From the IMG/VR virus record IMGVR_UViG_3300025131_000033, positions 1 through 63,741 of that record: a stretch of 63,741 bases of DNA. The stretch is one strand, 5' to 3'. Positions 50,821 to 60,820 of this stretch are shown here, piece after piece. The translations under genes were made by a program, and so were the position numbers. The notes under the pieces are model-generated. The model was not told where the DNA came from. It saw only the letters and a program-made list of their open reading frames with translations, and made no database searches. Each line of letters starts with the position of its first letter. Positions within the stretch are counted from its first letter, which is position 1. This DNA is from a virus (Duplodnaviria > Caudoviricetes).

Positions 50821-51757
50821 TGAAGTAATAGGGAACTGTAATTACGGTTTCATTTAACAAGTTATATTTAGCTGTAACCCTATAAGTCCCCACAATACCT
50901 CCAAAACTAGCTACATTAGGATGAGTGGCTAAGGTAGTGGTATCAAATCTCCACAAAATAGTATTATCAGAAGTAATATCCACAGTTGCCCTAGTATCCT
51001 CGTAGCTAACCACCGTAACATGAGCAGGCAAAGCTACGGACCCCTCATTTACTTTTTGCACTTCAACCATTGCGCTTGTAATGGCTGAATCTTTAAATAT
51101 ATTTTTAATACTCTGATCTACATCCTTATTTGCTACCGTAATTTCAGTTGTAATTTTTAGATTTTCAATTGAACTTAAAGTGAGATGTTTATTAACTAAA
51201 CGGTTACGGGAGGTAAATATTAACGGTTGAGTTATAGTAAAGAACGTATCATTATATAAATGAAAATCATTAATTAAAGCTTGATAATCAGATCCTTCGT
51301 TAAATTTTACAGTCCAAATATCAATATAATCATTTACTGTCGAGGCTGAATTTATAATGTGAATGTTTGAGCCATTATACGAATAAAGTCCCCGCTGCTC
51401 CTGCGTTCCATCTAAGACACATACAAATTCTCCCTGTTTAACTCGATAAACTCCACTTAAAGAACTTACATCTATAGGACTATAATTTGTAGGATTTAGT
51501 GATCCCCCAGGAGTAGGGTGACTAGAAACTCCAAACTGAGCTACAATAAGACTAGAATCTATATCTGTCTTAATTAAATTATTATCCAGTACGCTATCGG
51601 GGGATGTATTATCAGCTTTCTTAAATACTGTTACTCCACTAATATCATAAGGGTCGTAATATTCACCATCATTAATAAAAAATGCCCTAAGAGCCACCCT
51701 CTGGATAACTGTGGGTCTATTGTGTCGATCAACTATATCAAATCCGTTTAATTGCAT
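50810..51757 (-). CDS. hypothetical protein, probably virion structural
   Basis: 315-aa beta-rich ORF downstream of gp26/gp51-like locus. Confidence 0.6.
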   Translation of the reverse strand: MQLNGFDIVDRHNRPTVIQRVALRAFFINDGEYYDPYDISGVTVFKKADNTSPDSVLDNNLIKTDIDSSLIVAQFGVSSHPTPGGSLNPTNYSPIDVSSLSGVYRVKQGEFVCVLDGTQEQRGLYSYNGSNIHIINSASTVNDYIDIWTVKFNEGSDYQALINDFHLYNDTFFTITQPLIFTSRNRLVNKHLTLSSIENLKITTEITVANKDVDQSIKNIFKDSAITSAMVEVQKVNEGSVALPAHVTVVSYEDTRATVDITSDNTILWRFDTTTLATHPNVASFGGIVGTYRVTAKYNLLNETVITVPYYFTIN

Positions 51758-51920
51758 TTTCTTGTCGCTCCTGGTCTTCCCGTAAGAGGTTAAGGAATGT
51801 ACTCCTTTCTGTTCTTGTCATACCTCGTACATCTAGGTATGAGAATCTTCCCCTATTCACTAATATATAGGCTTCTAATAGAAGAGAATCAATATCAATT
51901 GTCTCTTCTAGCTCGCGTCG
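51738..51920 (-). CDS. gp51-like 60-aa segment reached by -1 frameshift from the gp26-like ORF
   Basis: RRELEETIDIDSLLLEAYILVNRGRFSYLDVRGMTRTERSTFLNLLRED; starts right at T TTT TTC. Confidence 0.7.
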   Translation of the reverse strand, partial: RRELEETIDIDSLLLEAYILVNRGRFSYLDVRGMTRTERSTFLNLLREDQERQENAIKRI

Positions 51921-51926
51921 AAAAAA
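51879..51926 (-). other. -1 programmed frameshift signal: slippery T TTT TTC plus hairpin
   Basis: Heptamer 51926-51920 in XXXYYYZ phase; TAGAAGAGA/TCTCTTCTA stem begins 9 nt downstream. Confidence 0.7.
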
Positions 51927-52654
51927 TTTGCATCAATGGGTAGATCAACTACGGAGGCCTCCTTACAAGTATTGCATGCGAATTTAATTCTAGTTTCTAT
52001 CCCAAAATTTGTTTTCATAGCGTTTAGAATGACTCTTGTATCTTTAATTGGAAGTTTCTTTAAAACTTCCCCTACAACCGTTTTGTCTCTATGCCCATCA
52101 ATTTCTACTACAAATCTCCATAATTGAGAATATGCTTCTTTAGGATCGGCAAATAATTTTTCATCTTTTACCCGTGGCAACGAAACTTTAGCTTCCTTAT
52201 TTATAGAGGGAAGTGTAATAGTTACAGGATCCGTGAAATCTTCAGGAACTGGGATAATTTTTAATTGAGATAGCTTAATGACTGTTGGATTTTCGGCTCT
52301 ACAATGAGTACAGAGCAAGAGAACATTGTAATCGTCTCCATAGGATATTTCTCTTAATTTCATTAACAAATACAATTTATCTATCGTCAATAATTGTGAA
52401 ATATTTATATTTGTGGTACACTGTTGAAGAATTATATTAACAGGATCTTGATTTTTATTAGTTCCTAAAATATTTTTTTCATCTTCAAATGTCATAGGTC
52501 GAAGAGTAACTGGAGAAGAAGGATCTTCTAAGGTATATACCTTATTCTCAGACGGTAGATTTACTTCAACCGCAGCTTGAGAAGGTAAATCTGTCAATAT
52601 CTCATCAACGATTTGTTGTTTTGCATCTACTTGACTAGGGGTGGGTTCTAACAT
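51908..52654 (-). CDS. g26: baseplate hub/tail assembly chaperone (gp26-like)
   Basis: LRPMTFEDEK, DKLYLLMKLREISYG, CTHC and CNTC, ends NFF; SD GGAGG. Confidence 0.8.
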   Translation of the reverse strand: MLEPTPSQVDAKQQIVDEILTDLPSQAAVEVNLPSENKVYTLEDPSSPVTLRPMTFEDEKNILGTNKNQDPVNIILQQCTTNINISQLLTIDKLYLLMKLREISYGDDYNVLLLCTHCRAENPTVIKLSQLKIIPVPEDFTDPVTITLPSINKEAKVSLPRVKDEKLFADPKEAYSQLWRFVVEIDGHRDKTVVGEVLKKLPIKDTRVILNAMKTNFGIETRIKFACNTCKEASVVDLPIDANFFDAS

Positions 52655-52682
52655 AAAATAACCTCCATTATTTTGGTTTGTA

Positions 52683-52693
52683 TACTATAATAG
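52683..52693. promoter_or_regulatory. putative bidirectional promoter TACTATAATAG
   Basis: Between divergent gp26-like and uvsW genes; uvsW ATG 5 nt after TATAATA, no SD. Confidence 0.55.
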
Positions 52694-52697
52694 TGTA

Positions 52698-54068
52698 ATG
52701 AAAATTCATATAAATATAATAAATTCTAAGATTCAAACAGATAATCCAAAGATTTTAGAGGCTCTATATGAATTGTACTCCTTTAAGATTCCTGGATCGG
52801 AATATTCACTAGCTTACAAACGCAGGAATTGGGATGGAAAACGTCACTTTATATCTAGAGTAGGAGTTTTTAAAACAGGATTATTAGATAGGGTAGTTAA
52901 GGATTTAAACAAAATTGAATGCACTCCTGAACTTGTGCATATGCCCATCTTTCCCATCCACACCGCAAATAACTGGCAGATTCAAGATTTTAAATATTAC
53001 GATTATCAAGAAGAACTGATCCTAAAGGGAATCAATCGTAAACGAGGGATTATTAAGTCCCCTACAGGTTCAGGAAAGACTCTCATCATGGCTGGATTAG
53101 TTAAAGCTCTTGCTGGGCAAAAAATGGTAATTTTATTTAATGCTAAACAATTACTAAAACAAACTTATGATTTTTTTACTAAAGACTGTCGCTTGGATAA
53201 TATTGGGATATGCTTTGGGGAGGGCTATATTGACGGTGACATTATGTTGTGTACTGTCCAAAGCATTGAGCGGATCCTTGATACACACCTCCAAAAAACA
53301 AAAGTATTAATGGTTGACGAATGCCATGAGTTTGCAAATGGAAAAACTACACTTGCTGCCATAAACTCATTTCCAAACGCAGAATATCGTATTGGATTTA
53401 CAGCTACACCTCCTTCTGATAAGATACCTAAATATAACCTAGAGGGCGCATTTGGTCCTGTATGGGAAATAGTGAGCACCGCAGATTTAATTGATTCTGG
53501 AAAGCTGACTAAACCTATAATACAATTGGTTGAACGATCATATACAGCTAGTGGTGTGGATGAAGATATGCCCTACCCAGAGGTATATGATGAATATATC
53601 GTAAATAATGATTTACGAAACAAAGTAATTAGAGAGATTACAGATGACATCAGAAAACGATTTAAGCGAGCCCGTATACTTATACTTACCAAATCACTTG
53701 ATCATGGAAGAGCCCTGGAAAACTTACTTGGAGAATCATGCGAGTTTCTTGAAGGAGCTAACTCCATCGGAGACAGGTATAAGGCTATATCTAGATTCAG
53801 AGGATCTAGATCGGCTCGCATCCTCATTGGCACTAAAATCTTGCAAACAGGGATCAACATCGAAGAAATCACACATTTCATTAACGCAAGAGGGATGAAA
53901 TCCGAGATAGCAACACTTCAGGCATTAGGACGAGCCCTTAGGCGACACGATTCCAAGGACAGAGTGTATGTCTATGATTTTCTAGATAAAGAAAAATATC
54001 TTAGAGATCACTCCTTAGCTCGCCAACGTCACTATAAAAAAGAAGGACATGAGACAAAAATAATATGA
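52698..54068 (+). CDS. uvsW: UvsW-like SF2 DNA helicase
   Basis: YDYQ, SPTGSGKT, VDECH, GFTATP, TGINI, QALGRALR. Confidence 0.9.
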   Translation: MKIHINIINSKIQTDNPKILEALYELYSFKIPGSEYSLAYKRRNWDGKRHFISRVGVFKTGLLDRVVKDLNKIECTPELVHMPIFPIHTANNWQIQDFKYYDYQEELILKGINRKRGIIKSPTGSGKTLIMAGLVKALAGQKMVILFNAKQLLKQTYDFFTKDCRLDNIGICFGEGYIDGDIMLCTVQSIERILDTHLQKTKVLMVDECHEFANGKTTLAAINSFPNAEYRIGFTATPPSDKIPKYNLEGAFGPVWEIVSTADLIDSGKLTKPIIQLVERSYTASGVDEDMPYPEVYDEYIVNNDLRNKVIREITDDIRKRFKRARILILTKSLDHGRALENLLGESCEFLEGANSIGDRYKAISRFRGSRSARILIGTKILQTGINIEEITHFINARGMKSEIATLQALGRALRRHDSKDRVYVYDFLDKEKYLRDHSLARQRHYKKEGHETKII

Positions 54069-54292
54069 GAACATCACATGATATAAGAAAAAAAGCTTCT
54101 GCATTATCCGAAGCCGATAAAAAAACTCTCCTAACTCTTATAGAAGAGTTAAAATTTGTTATAGATCATCCTCAACTAAATGAGGACATGCTTACAAAGC
54201 TCGGAAATATAAGTACCACAATTAATACTTTTAGAGAAAACTATATGTGGCGTATCCTTAGAGCAGCTAAACAAAATCACATGCTAGACTAG
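54065..54292 (+). CDS. hypothetical protein
   Basis: 75-aa ORF overlapping the uvsW stop. Confidence 0.6.
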   Translation: MRTSHDIRKKASALSEADKKTLLTLIEELKFVIDHPQLNEDMLTKLGNISTTINTFRENYMWRILRAAKQNHMLD

Positions 54293-54435
54293 CATGTAAA
54301 GACACATCCTTTCAGAAGCGGCTGTAGCTCAGTGGTAGAGCGCGACCTTGCCAAGGTCGATGTCGGGAGTTCAAATCTCCTCAGCCGCTCCAAAAATCAC
54401 ATGCTAAACTAGCACGTAGCTACGCACCTTTTCAG
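54273..54435. repeat. imperfect 43-bp direct repeats flanking tRNA-Gly
   Basis: 54273-54315 vs 54393-54435, 35/43 identical by hand alignment. Confidence 0.8.
54318..54392 (+). tRNA. tRNA-Gly (GCC)
   Basis: GCGGCTG/CAGCCGC acceptor stem, CGACC-TTGCCAA-GGTCG anticodon arm, GTTCAAATC T-loop, U73 and encoded CCA. Confidence 0.95.
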
Positions 54436-54472
54436 CAGTGGGCCACAACGGGCCATTTCCATTTTTTTATTG

Positions 54473-54706
54473 TCATTGTTCTACCTCAGGTATAACTATT
54501 GCTGGGTTAGCTAATTTTAGCTTTAAACCCCAGTTCTCCATATCTCGTCTCGTCCATTGATCTTGTAATTTATCTGTTAACGTCTCTAACTTATAATTTA
54601 TAGAGTTTAGCTCATTACTAATCCATAAAAGTCCTGTACAGATAATTATTACCAAACCTAATGGCAGTAGAGTATCTTTATTTATAATTGTTTTCTTTTC
54701 TGTCAT
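54473..54706 (-). CDS. small single-TM membrane protein (possible holin)
   Basis: LLPLGLVIIICTGLLWI followed by short coiled coil. Confidence 0.5.
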   Translation of the reverse strand: MTEKKTIINKDTLLPLGLVIIICTGLLWISNELNSINYKLETLTDKLQDQWTRRDMENWGLKLKLANPAIVIPEVEQ

Positions 54707-56478
54707 TAAGCTAACCTTTGTACGAATACTGTAGAACCTTGCATTAATTGAGCATTGTCCCCCGATCCCGAATTGATGGTTACAGATAAGGGTTCAGTTG
54801 TCCTTGCAAAACCCACCCAAGTTCCTACAAGATTGTGAGGATCAGTTACACTATGTACTCTAATATCAAACCTGTGAACTAGGGTTGAGCCTGTATAAAA
54901 GGACACAGTAATAGTTATGGCAGCACCCACCTCTGTAACCCCAACAAATTCCACTTTATATACCCCATCTGCGCTAACAGCTAGTTCAGAATCTTCATTA
55001 TTCCATAAATAATATCCATCTTCACCGCCCCGACCGACAGAGGAAACTCCCTGAACCGCAGTCCCCGCCCCAAAACTAATTTCAGAAGTTCCTGCTGTCC
55101 CATCTCCTACAGCACTTAAGAAGCAGAAAGCTCCAGGAGGAGAGGGGCAACTTAGTGAATCTATAGTAGGTAATGCTCCTGTCATAGTAGCTACTGAATT
55201 TTGAGAAGAGACAACAAGAGTTTTATTTAGCGTAGGAGTTCCAGTTACCGTAAGATCTCCCGTCATGTAAGTATCTCCACTTACTCCTAAATCACTTCCT
55301 ATATTTGTATTTCCATCAAAAGTAGAAGTTTTATTTTTAGCAGAACTTAGATCAGCTTCAAATTCAACTCGCGTTATATTACTATCCGTTGTTACTACAG
55401 TAGGAGCCTCTAGTGGCTCCCCGCCCGAATTTTTAGGAACAATCGGCAATTTGGTCATAATAAATCTTGTATTAACATAATCATACAGAAATATATTATT
55501 ACCTGTAATGTTCGCCTTAGTTTTATCGTCTCCAGGCCCGAATCCAGATACATAAACAGAAGAAGGTTCATTATTAAAAATAACAGGTAGGAGAATTCCT
55601 CCACTCACTTCAGCAGCAGATACATCCAAACCGTAGTCCCCGTATCCCTTCAATAGAGGATACGAGTCTGCTGTATTTCCTAGAATAGATAATTCATCAG
55701 TAAGATCTGTTTTTATTCTAGTAGCCGAAAGTTGGGTACAATTTTTAATTGACCTATCCCCCATATCAATATTGCCGCCCGCGCCTTCAGTTAGTACTAG
55801 ACCTGATACAGTAAGCACATTCCCAGCAAGCGGCAGATCCAAGATTGCTGATGTTCCTCCCATAACCCCTACATTATCAGAGTTAACCCCTATACTTGCT
55901 GTATTAGCAGCTATATCAGTATCGTTAGCAGTAATATTAGTGGTATTAGTACCAATATTCGTATTTAAAGTAGCAGCACTAGCCTCCGCAGCACCAGGGA
56001 ATAAATTCAAGGCTACAGCACTTGTATTTAAAGTAGCAGCACTAGCCTCAGCAAGCCCAGGGAATAAATTCAAGGCTACAGCACTTGTATTTAAAGTAGC
56101 AGCACTAGCCTCAGCAAGCCCAGGGAATAAATTTAGGGCACCCACACTCGTATCAAGGGTTGCTATATTAGTTGCATTAGTAGCAATGTTACCCGACACT
56201 GTTGAAATAGCTGATGTCGCCCCTATATTTGCAGAGGCCCCTTGAGCATATAAAGAAGCTCCTTGCCACAATCCAGAAATAGATCCAGGAACCGAGGCTG
56301 CTCCTCCTTCATCCCATTTAGCTGAAGAATCTACAACTTCTTGAATAGCACTCCGCACAGGAGTTGGAAAAATAGTACTAGGAGTTACATCTCCATCAGC
56401 TACGGAAAATTGAGCTATAGCTGAAGGATCTCCACTATCGGGGTCTGTTGAGACGTATACAGGAAGTTGTTCAACCAC
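54706..56478 (-). CDS. fibre-like virion protein with 21-aa repeats
   Basis: IATNATNIAT/ITANDTDIAANT coiled-coil repeats and C-terminal beta domain. Confidence 0.6.
   Translation of the reverse strand: MVEQLPVYVSTDPDSGDPSAIAQFSVADGDVTPSTIFPTPVRSAIQEVVDSSAKWDEGGAASVPGSISGLWQGASLYAQGASANIGATSAISTVSGNIATNATNIATLDTSVGALNLFPGLAEASAATLNTSAVALNLFPGLAEASAATLNTSAVALNLFPGAAEASAATLNTNIGTNTTNITANDTDIAANTASIGVNSDNVGVMGGTSAILDLPLAGNVLTVSGLVLTEGAGGNIDMGDRSIKNCTQLSATRIKTDLTDELSILGNTADSYPLLKGYGDYGLDVSAAEVSGGILLPVIFNNEPSSVYVSGFGPGDDKTKANITGNNIFLYDYVNTRFIMTKLPIVPKNSGGEPLEAPTVVTTDSNITRVEFEADLSSAKNKTSTFDGNTNIGSDLGVSGDTYMTGDLTVTGTPTLNKTLVVSSQNSVATMTGALPTIDSLSCPSPPGAFCFLSAVGDGTAGTSEISFGAGTAVQGVSSVGRGGEDGYYLWNNEDSELAVSADGVYKVEFVGVTEVGAAITITVSFYTGSTLVHRFDIRVHSVTDPHNLVGTWVGFARTTEPLSVTINSGSGDNAQLMQGSTVFVQRLA
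55961..56137. repeat. 63-bp in-frame tandem repeat x~3 (ALNLFPGLAEASAATLNTSAV)
   Basis: GTATTTAAAGTAGCAGCACTAGCCTC at 55961, 56024, 56087. Confidence 0.9.
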
Positions 56479-56906
56479 TACACACCTCCACTAAACCTAA
56501 TAGAACCAGCACAGGTAGCAGCGGTGAAAGCTTCATTTACTGACTCAGAAACTCTTGCTTGCAATACACCACCTAAACCTCCCCCTGCAATATCAGAAGG
56601 AAGCCCACTCATAGCAGTAGCCAGGGTCAAAGTTGTAGTCAAATAAATATTACACTCCAGATCATAAATTCGTATTCCCCATCGTGGAGTAGCTCCCCCA
56701 CTGATCCTATTAAACATTAGTCTATAGGAATTTCCTTTAGCTCCTGCTAATGCACCTTTTAAATAAAATGTTATAGCTACATTTCCCGCACTTGCCCGAA
56801 AGCTTACGGAAGCATTTCTGGGAGATGGCTTTCTTCTTCCACTGGATTTAGATTCTCCAATATAGGGAGTTATTTGCCCATAAGGAGAAAAACTAATTCT
56901 AGACAT
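56478..56906 (-). CDS. hypothetical protein, possibly virion
   Basis: 142-aa ORF abutting neighbours; GAKGNS...FSGG. Confidence 0.55.
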   Translation of the reverse strand: MSRISFSPYGQITPYIGESKSSGRRKPSPRNASVSFRASAGNVAITFYLKGALAGAKGNSYRLMFNRISGGATPRWGIRIYDLECNIYLTTTLTLATAMSGLPSDIAGGGLGGVLQARVSESVNEAFTAATCAGSIRFSGGV

Positions 56907-57350
56907 TTAATTTCCTTTAGGACGTTGATAATCTCGTAGTGCATTTCCTGTAAATACTTGTCCATAGTTAATCATGAAAAAAGTTTGTTGAGCTTTATGT
57001 TGGGAAACATAAATTGTACTAACTCGATCAGTATCAGGTAGAAGAAGCTCAACAACTCCTTTTTCCGTACTTGCAACACCTCCTGGTACGCCGCTCGTAA
57101 GAGCACTGCTATTCAGAAGCATTGCTGCGGCTGGATAAATAGAATTTTCTGTCTTACCCACCGAAGCAATACTAGAAGCAGCAACTACAAAGAAATTTCC
57201 ACTATCTAGATTATTATTTCTTGACGATGCTGTTACTGAAACAAAATTACATTCTAGTAATCCATTAGAGCTATCTGTTAACGGAATTGCGCTAACTCCT
57301 ATATCGTGTAACAACGCAACTTTGGTATAAGGTTTAAATTGTTGTCTCAT
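56907..57350 (-). CDS. hypothetical protein, possibly virion
   Basis: 147-aa ORF with ATGA overlap. Confidence 0.6.
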   Translation of the reverse strand: MRQQFKPYTKVALLHDIGVSAIPLTDSSNGLLECNFVSVTASSRNNNLDSGNFFVVAASSIASVGKTENSIYPAAAMLLNSSALTSGVPGGVASTEKGVVELLLPDTDRVSTIYVSQHKAQQTFFMINYGQVFTGNALRDYQRPKGN

Positions 57351-58957
57351 TTTTCATCCTTCATTTCTTTTCCACCTAGCTCATCGGCAAGCTCTTGTAC
57401 TAAACTTTCTAAATCAGAAAGTTCTTTATTTGCCTCTTTTTGAGAAGTAGGAGCTTTTGATTTTTCCTCATCTCCCTCTCCCCCTTCTTCCTCAGGAGCC
57501 TCTTCCTCCTTGGGAGCTTCCTTAGGCTCGGCTTTCTCTTCTTCAGAATCCTCATCTTCATCTTCTTTGGCGATCAATTTTTTTGTATTCACATTCTCAT
57601 CAGAAGGATATTCTTGATCTTTAGTCGCTACAATTTTAGCCTTCTCTTTTTTGAGAGCCGTTTTAACTTCTGACAACTCTGCGTCCTCAGAAACAATATC
57701 GCTCAATCGTGTTAAAGGTTCTTGAAAAGTTTGAGTGATTTCTAGAATATCGTCATAACCAGCTTCGCTGAATACTTCTTTAAAATATTCATTTATATCA
57801 ATACCTTCTACCCCTGATTTAGTCTTAAAAGATTGAGCAGTCTCGGATAGAACTTGTTTTAAAACACTTCCTTTAGGGGAAAGTCTAGAGAGGGCTTCCA
57901 AAATAACAATTTGAGTATTTATTAGACTTTTGAAAGATACAGGCTCTTGTAAATTTTGAATATTCACTCCATATTTTTCATTCATGGATTCAATAAACAT
58001 TTGCTTCACATCTTTTTTCATCTCAAAGATCGTGGACGCAAATTGCTGGACATCCTTTTCCGCTACCCCAATACCGTCTGCCTGAGCTAAACAATTGTTA
58101 AATGTATTAAACAAAGTCTTTTTAGACGCTAATGCAATAAAGGGAACATCTTGAAGAACTTCACAGAAGGTATCTACTATTTTCTCTGTATCCTCAAAAA
58201 TCATGCTCGCTAATTTTCTAACAGTAGAGTTAGTTGCCCAGATAAGCTCAAACTCTTTTTTAGATTCGATCAACTCTTTTTTTACTAATTCCTGTCTACA
58301 AATCATTTCATAGATAGACTCAGTTATACCATCTTTGAGGATGTATGTTTGATTCTCAGTCAACTCATCATACGTTAATTTAGGGAAATTAAATGCTGTA
58401 GAAACAGTGTTAGACAAATTAACTGCATTCCTAATTTCAGGGACAGCACAAATCTTTTCATTATTTTCCTTAAGAAAATTAACTAACTGAGGTGTGACCT
58501 CTAGTAGATTTTGAAACTCTGAGGATTCAATAATCTTTTCAACAGAGCTAAGTCGTTGGTGTTTCTGGTACAGTTTCTTTTGCAAGGAATCTAGCTTAAC
58601 TCTATTTTCCCATAGTGAGAGGATATCAGAAAAAGAGTTATCCGCAGACGAATACTCATTAAAATGAATATTTTCTACAAAAGAGTGTAGTTTGTCCGAC
58701 ACAAAGGAATCAAAAATTTCGTTATCTTCAAAAATAGACGAATCTTTGACATCTACTTTATGTAAAACTACATCCTTTCCAATTTCGTACTCTCCACTAA
58801 TTACTTTATTAGTTTCACTTAAATAAGTTACGATACTATTTTGACTATCAATGGAAAAGAGAGTAACATTCTCCCTTAGTGATCTACCAATACAATCTCC
58901 TAATTTTACTAAATAGGAAATCTTTTTGTCTCTATCTTCGAACAATTTTGAAAACAT
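57347..58957 (-). CDS. large helical acidic protein, probable prohead core component
   Basis: Immediately downstream of portal; E/K-rich tail; SD GGAG. Confidence 0.55.
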   Translation of the reverse strand: MFSKLFEDRDKKISYLVKLGDCIGRSLRENVTLFSIDSQNSIVTYLSETNKVISGEYEIGKDVVLHKVDVKDSSIFEDNEIFDSFVSDKLHSFVENIHFNEYSSADNSFSDILSLWENRVKLDSLQKKLYQKHQRLSSVEKIIESSEFQNLLEVTPQLVNFLKENNEKICAVPEIRNAVNLSNTVSTAFNFPKLTYDELTENQTYILKDGITESIYEMICRQELVKKELIESKKEFELIWATNSTVRKLASMIFEDTEKIVDTFCEVLQDVPFIALASKKTLFNTFNNCLAQADGIGVAEKDVQQFASTIFEMKKDVKQMFIESMNEKYGVNIQNLQEPVSFKSLINTQIVILEALSRLSPKGSVLKQVLSETAQSFKTKSGVEGIDINEYFKEVFSEAGYDDILEITQTFQEPLTRLSDIVSEDAELSEVKTALKKEKAKIVATKDQEYPSDENVNTKKLIAKEDEDEDSEEEKAEPKEAPKEEEAPEEEGGEGDEEKSKAPTSQKEANKELSDLESLVQELADELGGKEMKDEK

Positions 58958-58999
58958 AATATTTCTCCGTTACTAACTGTCTAAGTTTATATATGTTAG

Positions 59000-60820
59000 C
59001 TATTTACTAACTTCTTCGACTTTTTCTTCTTGTTTTTGAATTATTCTAGAAATAACTTCTTTTTCTTTATTTTCTAGAACTAGGATATCATCTAGATTAG
59101 ATAAGTTGCGAGTTGATTCAGTCTTAGTAGGTGGTTTATTTTCTGCGCTTTCTTGACCGCCCGCCGCTCCTGGTGGGGGAGCCGCACCTGGGGCTGGAGC
59201 CCCCCCTGGACCTGGAGGAGGTGCCCCTCCAGGAGCCCCACCCATCCCTAAAGGTGCCATAGCTTGCTCCTGTTCAGCCTGCTCTTTTTGATCTTCCTCC
59301 ATTTCTTTCTTCATTCGCTCTATTTCTACATCCGTCATATCGTAGTATTCTTTATAGATCTCTTCTTTAGAGAATAAACCTAAGCCTTGAACGGCTTGAA
59401 TAACTCTAGTTTTCTGTTCATCAAGATCGAGTTTTCGTTTAGCAGACATATCAGAAGGCTCTGGTAGTTGGATTCTCAATTTTTTAATTAAAGAAGGAGG
59501 AAATCCTTTTAATTGAAGATGTCGTTTTGCCATATTTTCTAAACCAACTTCAATATTAATTTGTACTCTATGAATAGTTCGCGCAAATTTGACATCTAAT
59601 TGAGAAAGGTTAGCCTTACGTTCTGGAGACTGATCTTTTTCAACAATATAATCTTTAGGAATTTTTAAGGCTGCTAATAACTTGTCTCTATAGTAACGAA
59701 CATCTTCAATTTCTCCTAAATTAGTGGCTCCAGGAAGAGTGTCAATTTTAGTTCCTTTTCCATTCTTACTAGGAACATAATAATCTTCATCCATACTCAG
59801 TGGATTAAATCTCGCATCTACCGTTCCCTGATTTGAGTTATAAAATTTCTCTTTTTTAAACTTCTCTTTGAGACGTTCAATATACATCTCAGCCTTACTT
59901 GTAGGAAGAGTCCCTGTATCGACATAGAAGATTCTTCTTTCGGGAGCACGGGTTAAACGATAAATCATCATTGCGTCTTCCATCATTTTTAGAGAACGAA
60001 ATACTCTATGACATAAGGCTGCTATGGATTTACCATAAGGGTAGAATATAGGATCGGAAGTATGAAGCCTATAGTGAACAATTTGATTCTTATCGAGTCT
60101 AATATACTTAAGAGGTTTTTCTACGGTATACTGAGAGCCATAATTAAAGTTGTCTTCATTAGGAATTTCTTGTAAAAAGTTTTTCAAATAACCAAACTCA
60201 TTCTCTACCCGCAGAATAAAATTAGGATTAAGAATCTTGATCTTTTTAATTCCTTCGTCTGGATTATTTACATCTAAAATTAGTTCAGTAAAGCAATCTC
60301 CGTACTTAACCGTATTTCTAATAATATCCCATAAAAATCTATCAAGTCTAACTCTCTTAAAAAGAGCCTCAATTTCTTGTACTACTAACTCACTCTCAGT
60401 TCTAATAGTCCATTTTTCATTTCTAGGACCTCTCTGGCTAGAATCATCGGCATAAATATCAAACGCTGCCCCAATTTCAGGATATTCATCCATCTCCTCG
60501 TATTCTTTATACCTGCGTCTCCTATTCATCTCCATCTGAGGAAGAATAGGATTACGTGTCACTCCACCAACGGCAGGACTATGATCACCCTTATCTTTTA
60601 TTACTTCTGTCTGAACAATTGTATCTCCACCATATTGAGTGGGCTGTCCTTTGTCCATAAGTTTTACAGCTTCGCCTTGTGTAGACGTAGCAAAAAACTT
60701 AGCTAAAAATTTTCCTATAGGCCCAGTAGGTGTAAAGAATCCCCCCGCTCTATTAGCGGTTCCTCCAAAAGTTGTGTAACCCTCTTCAATAGGTTTTTCG
60801 TTTTTTATTTCATCAGCCAT
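59000..60820 (-). CDS. g20: portal protein (gp20-like)
   Basis: YPEIGAAFDIYADD, YGKSI, MMEDAMMIYRLTRAPERRIFYVDTG, IDTLPGATNLGEIEDVRY. Confidence 0.95.
   Translation of the reverse strand: MADEIKNEKPIEEGYTTFGGTANRAGGFFTPTGPIGKFLAKFFATSTQGEAVKLMDKGQPTQYGGDTIVQTEVIKDKGDHSPAVGGVTRNPILPQMEMNRRRRYKEYEEMDEYPEIGAAFDIYADDSSQRGPRNEKWTIRTESELVVQEIEALFKRVRLDRFLWDIIRNTVKYGDCFTELILDVNNPDEGIKKIKILNPNFILRVENEFGYLKNFLQEIPNEDNFNYGSQYTVEKPLKYIRLDKNQIVHYRLHTSDPIFYPYGKSIAALCHRVFRSLKMMEDAMMIYRLTRAPERRIFYVDTGTLPTSKAEMYIERLKEKFKKEKFYNSNQGTVDARFNPLSMDEDYYVPSKNGKGTKIDTLPGATNLGEIEDVRYYRDKLLAALKIPKDYIVEKDQSPERKANLSQLDVKFARTIHRVQINIEVGLENMAKRHLQLKGFPPSLIKKLRIQLPEPSDMSAKRKLDLDEQKTRVIQAVQGLGLFSKEEIYKEYYDMTDVEIERMKKEMEEDQKEQAEQEQAMAPLGMGGAPGGAPPPGPGGAPAPGAAPPPGAAGGQESAENKPPTKTESTRNLSNLDDILVLENKEKEVISRIIQKQEEKVEEVSK

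Noticed and set aside
54318-54392. tRNA as a prophage attachment site
   Set aside because: No integrase, no duplicated tRNA 3' end, and phage genes continue on both sides
55961-56137. 63-bp repeats as a CRISPR array or DGR template/variable pair
   Set aside because: Contiguous in-frame coding repeats without unique spacers; no reverse transcriptase in the window
55772-56245. 157-aa plus-strand ORF and other short antisense ORFs in the track
   Set aside because: Lie wholly opposite well-supported genes, with no SD or family motifs
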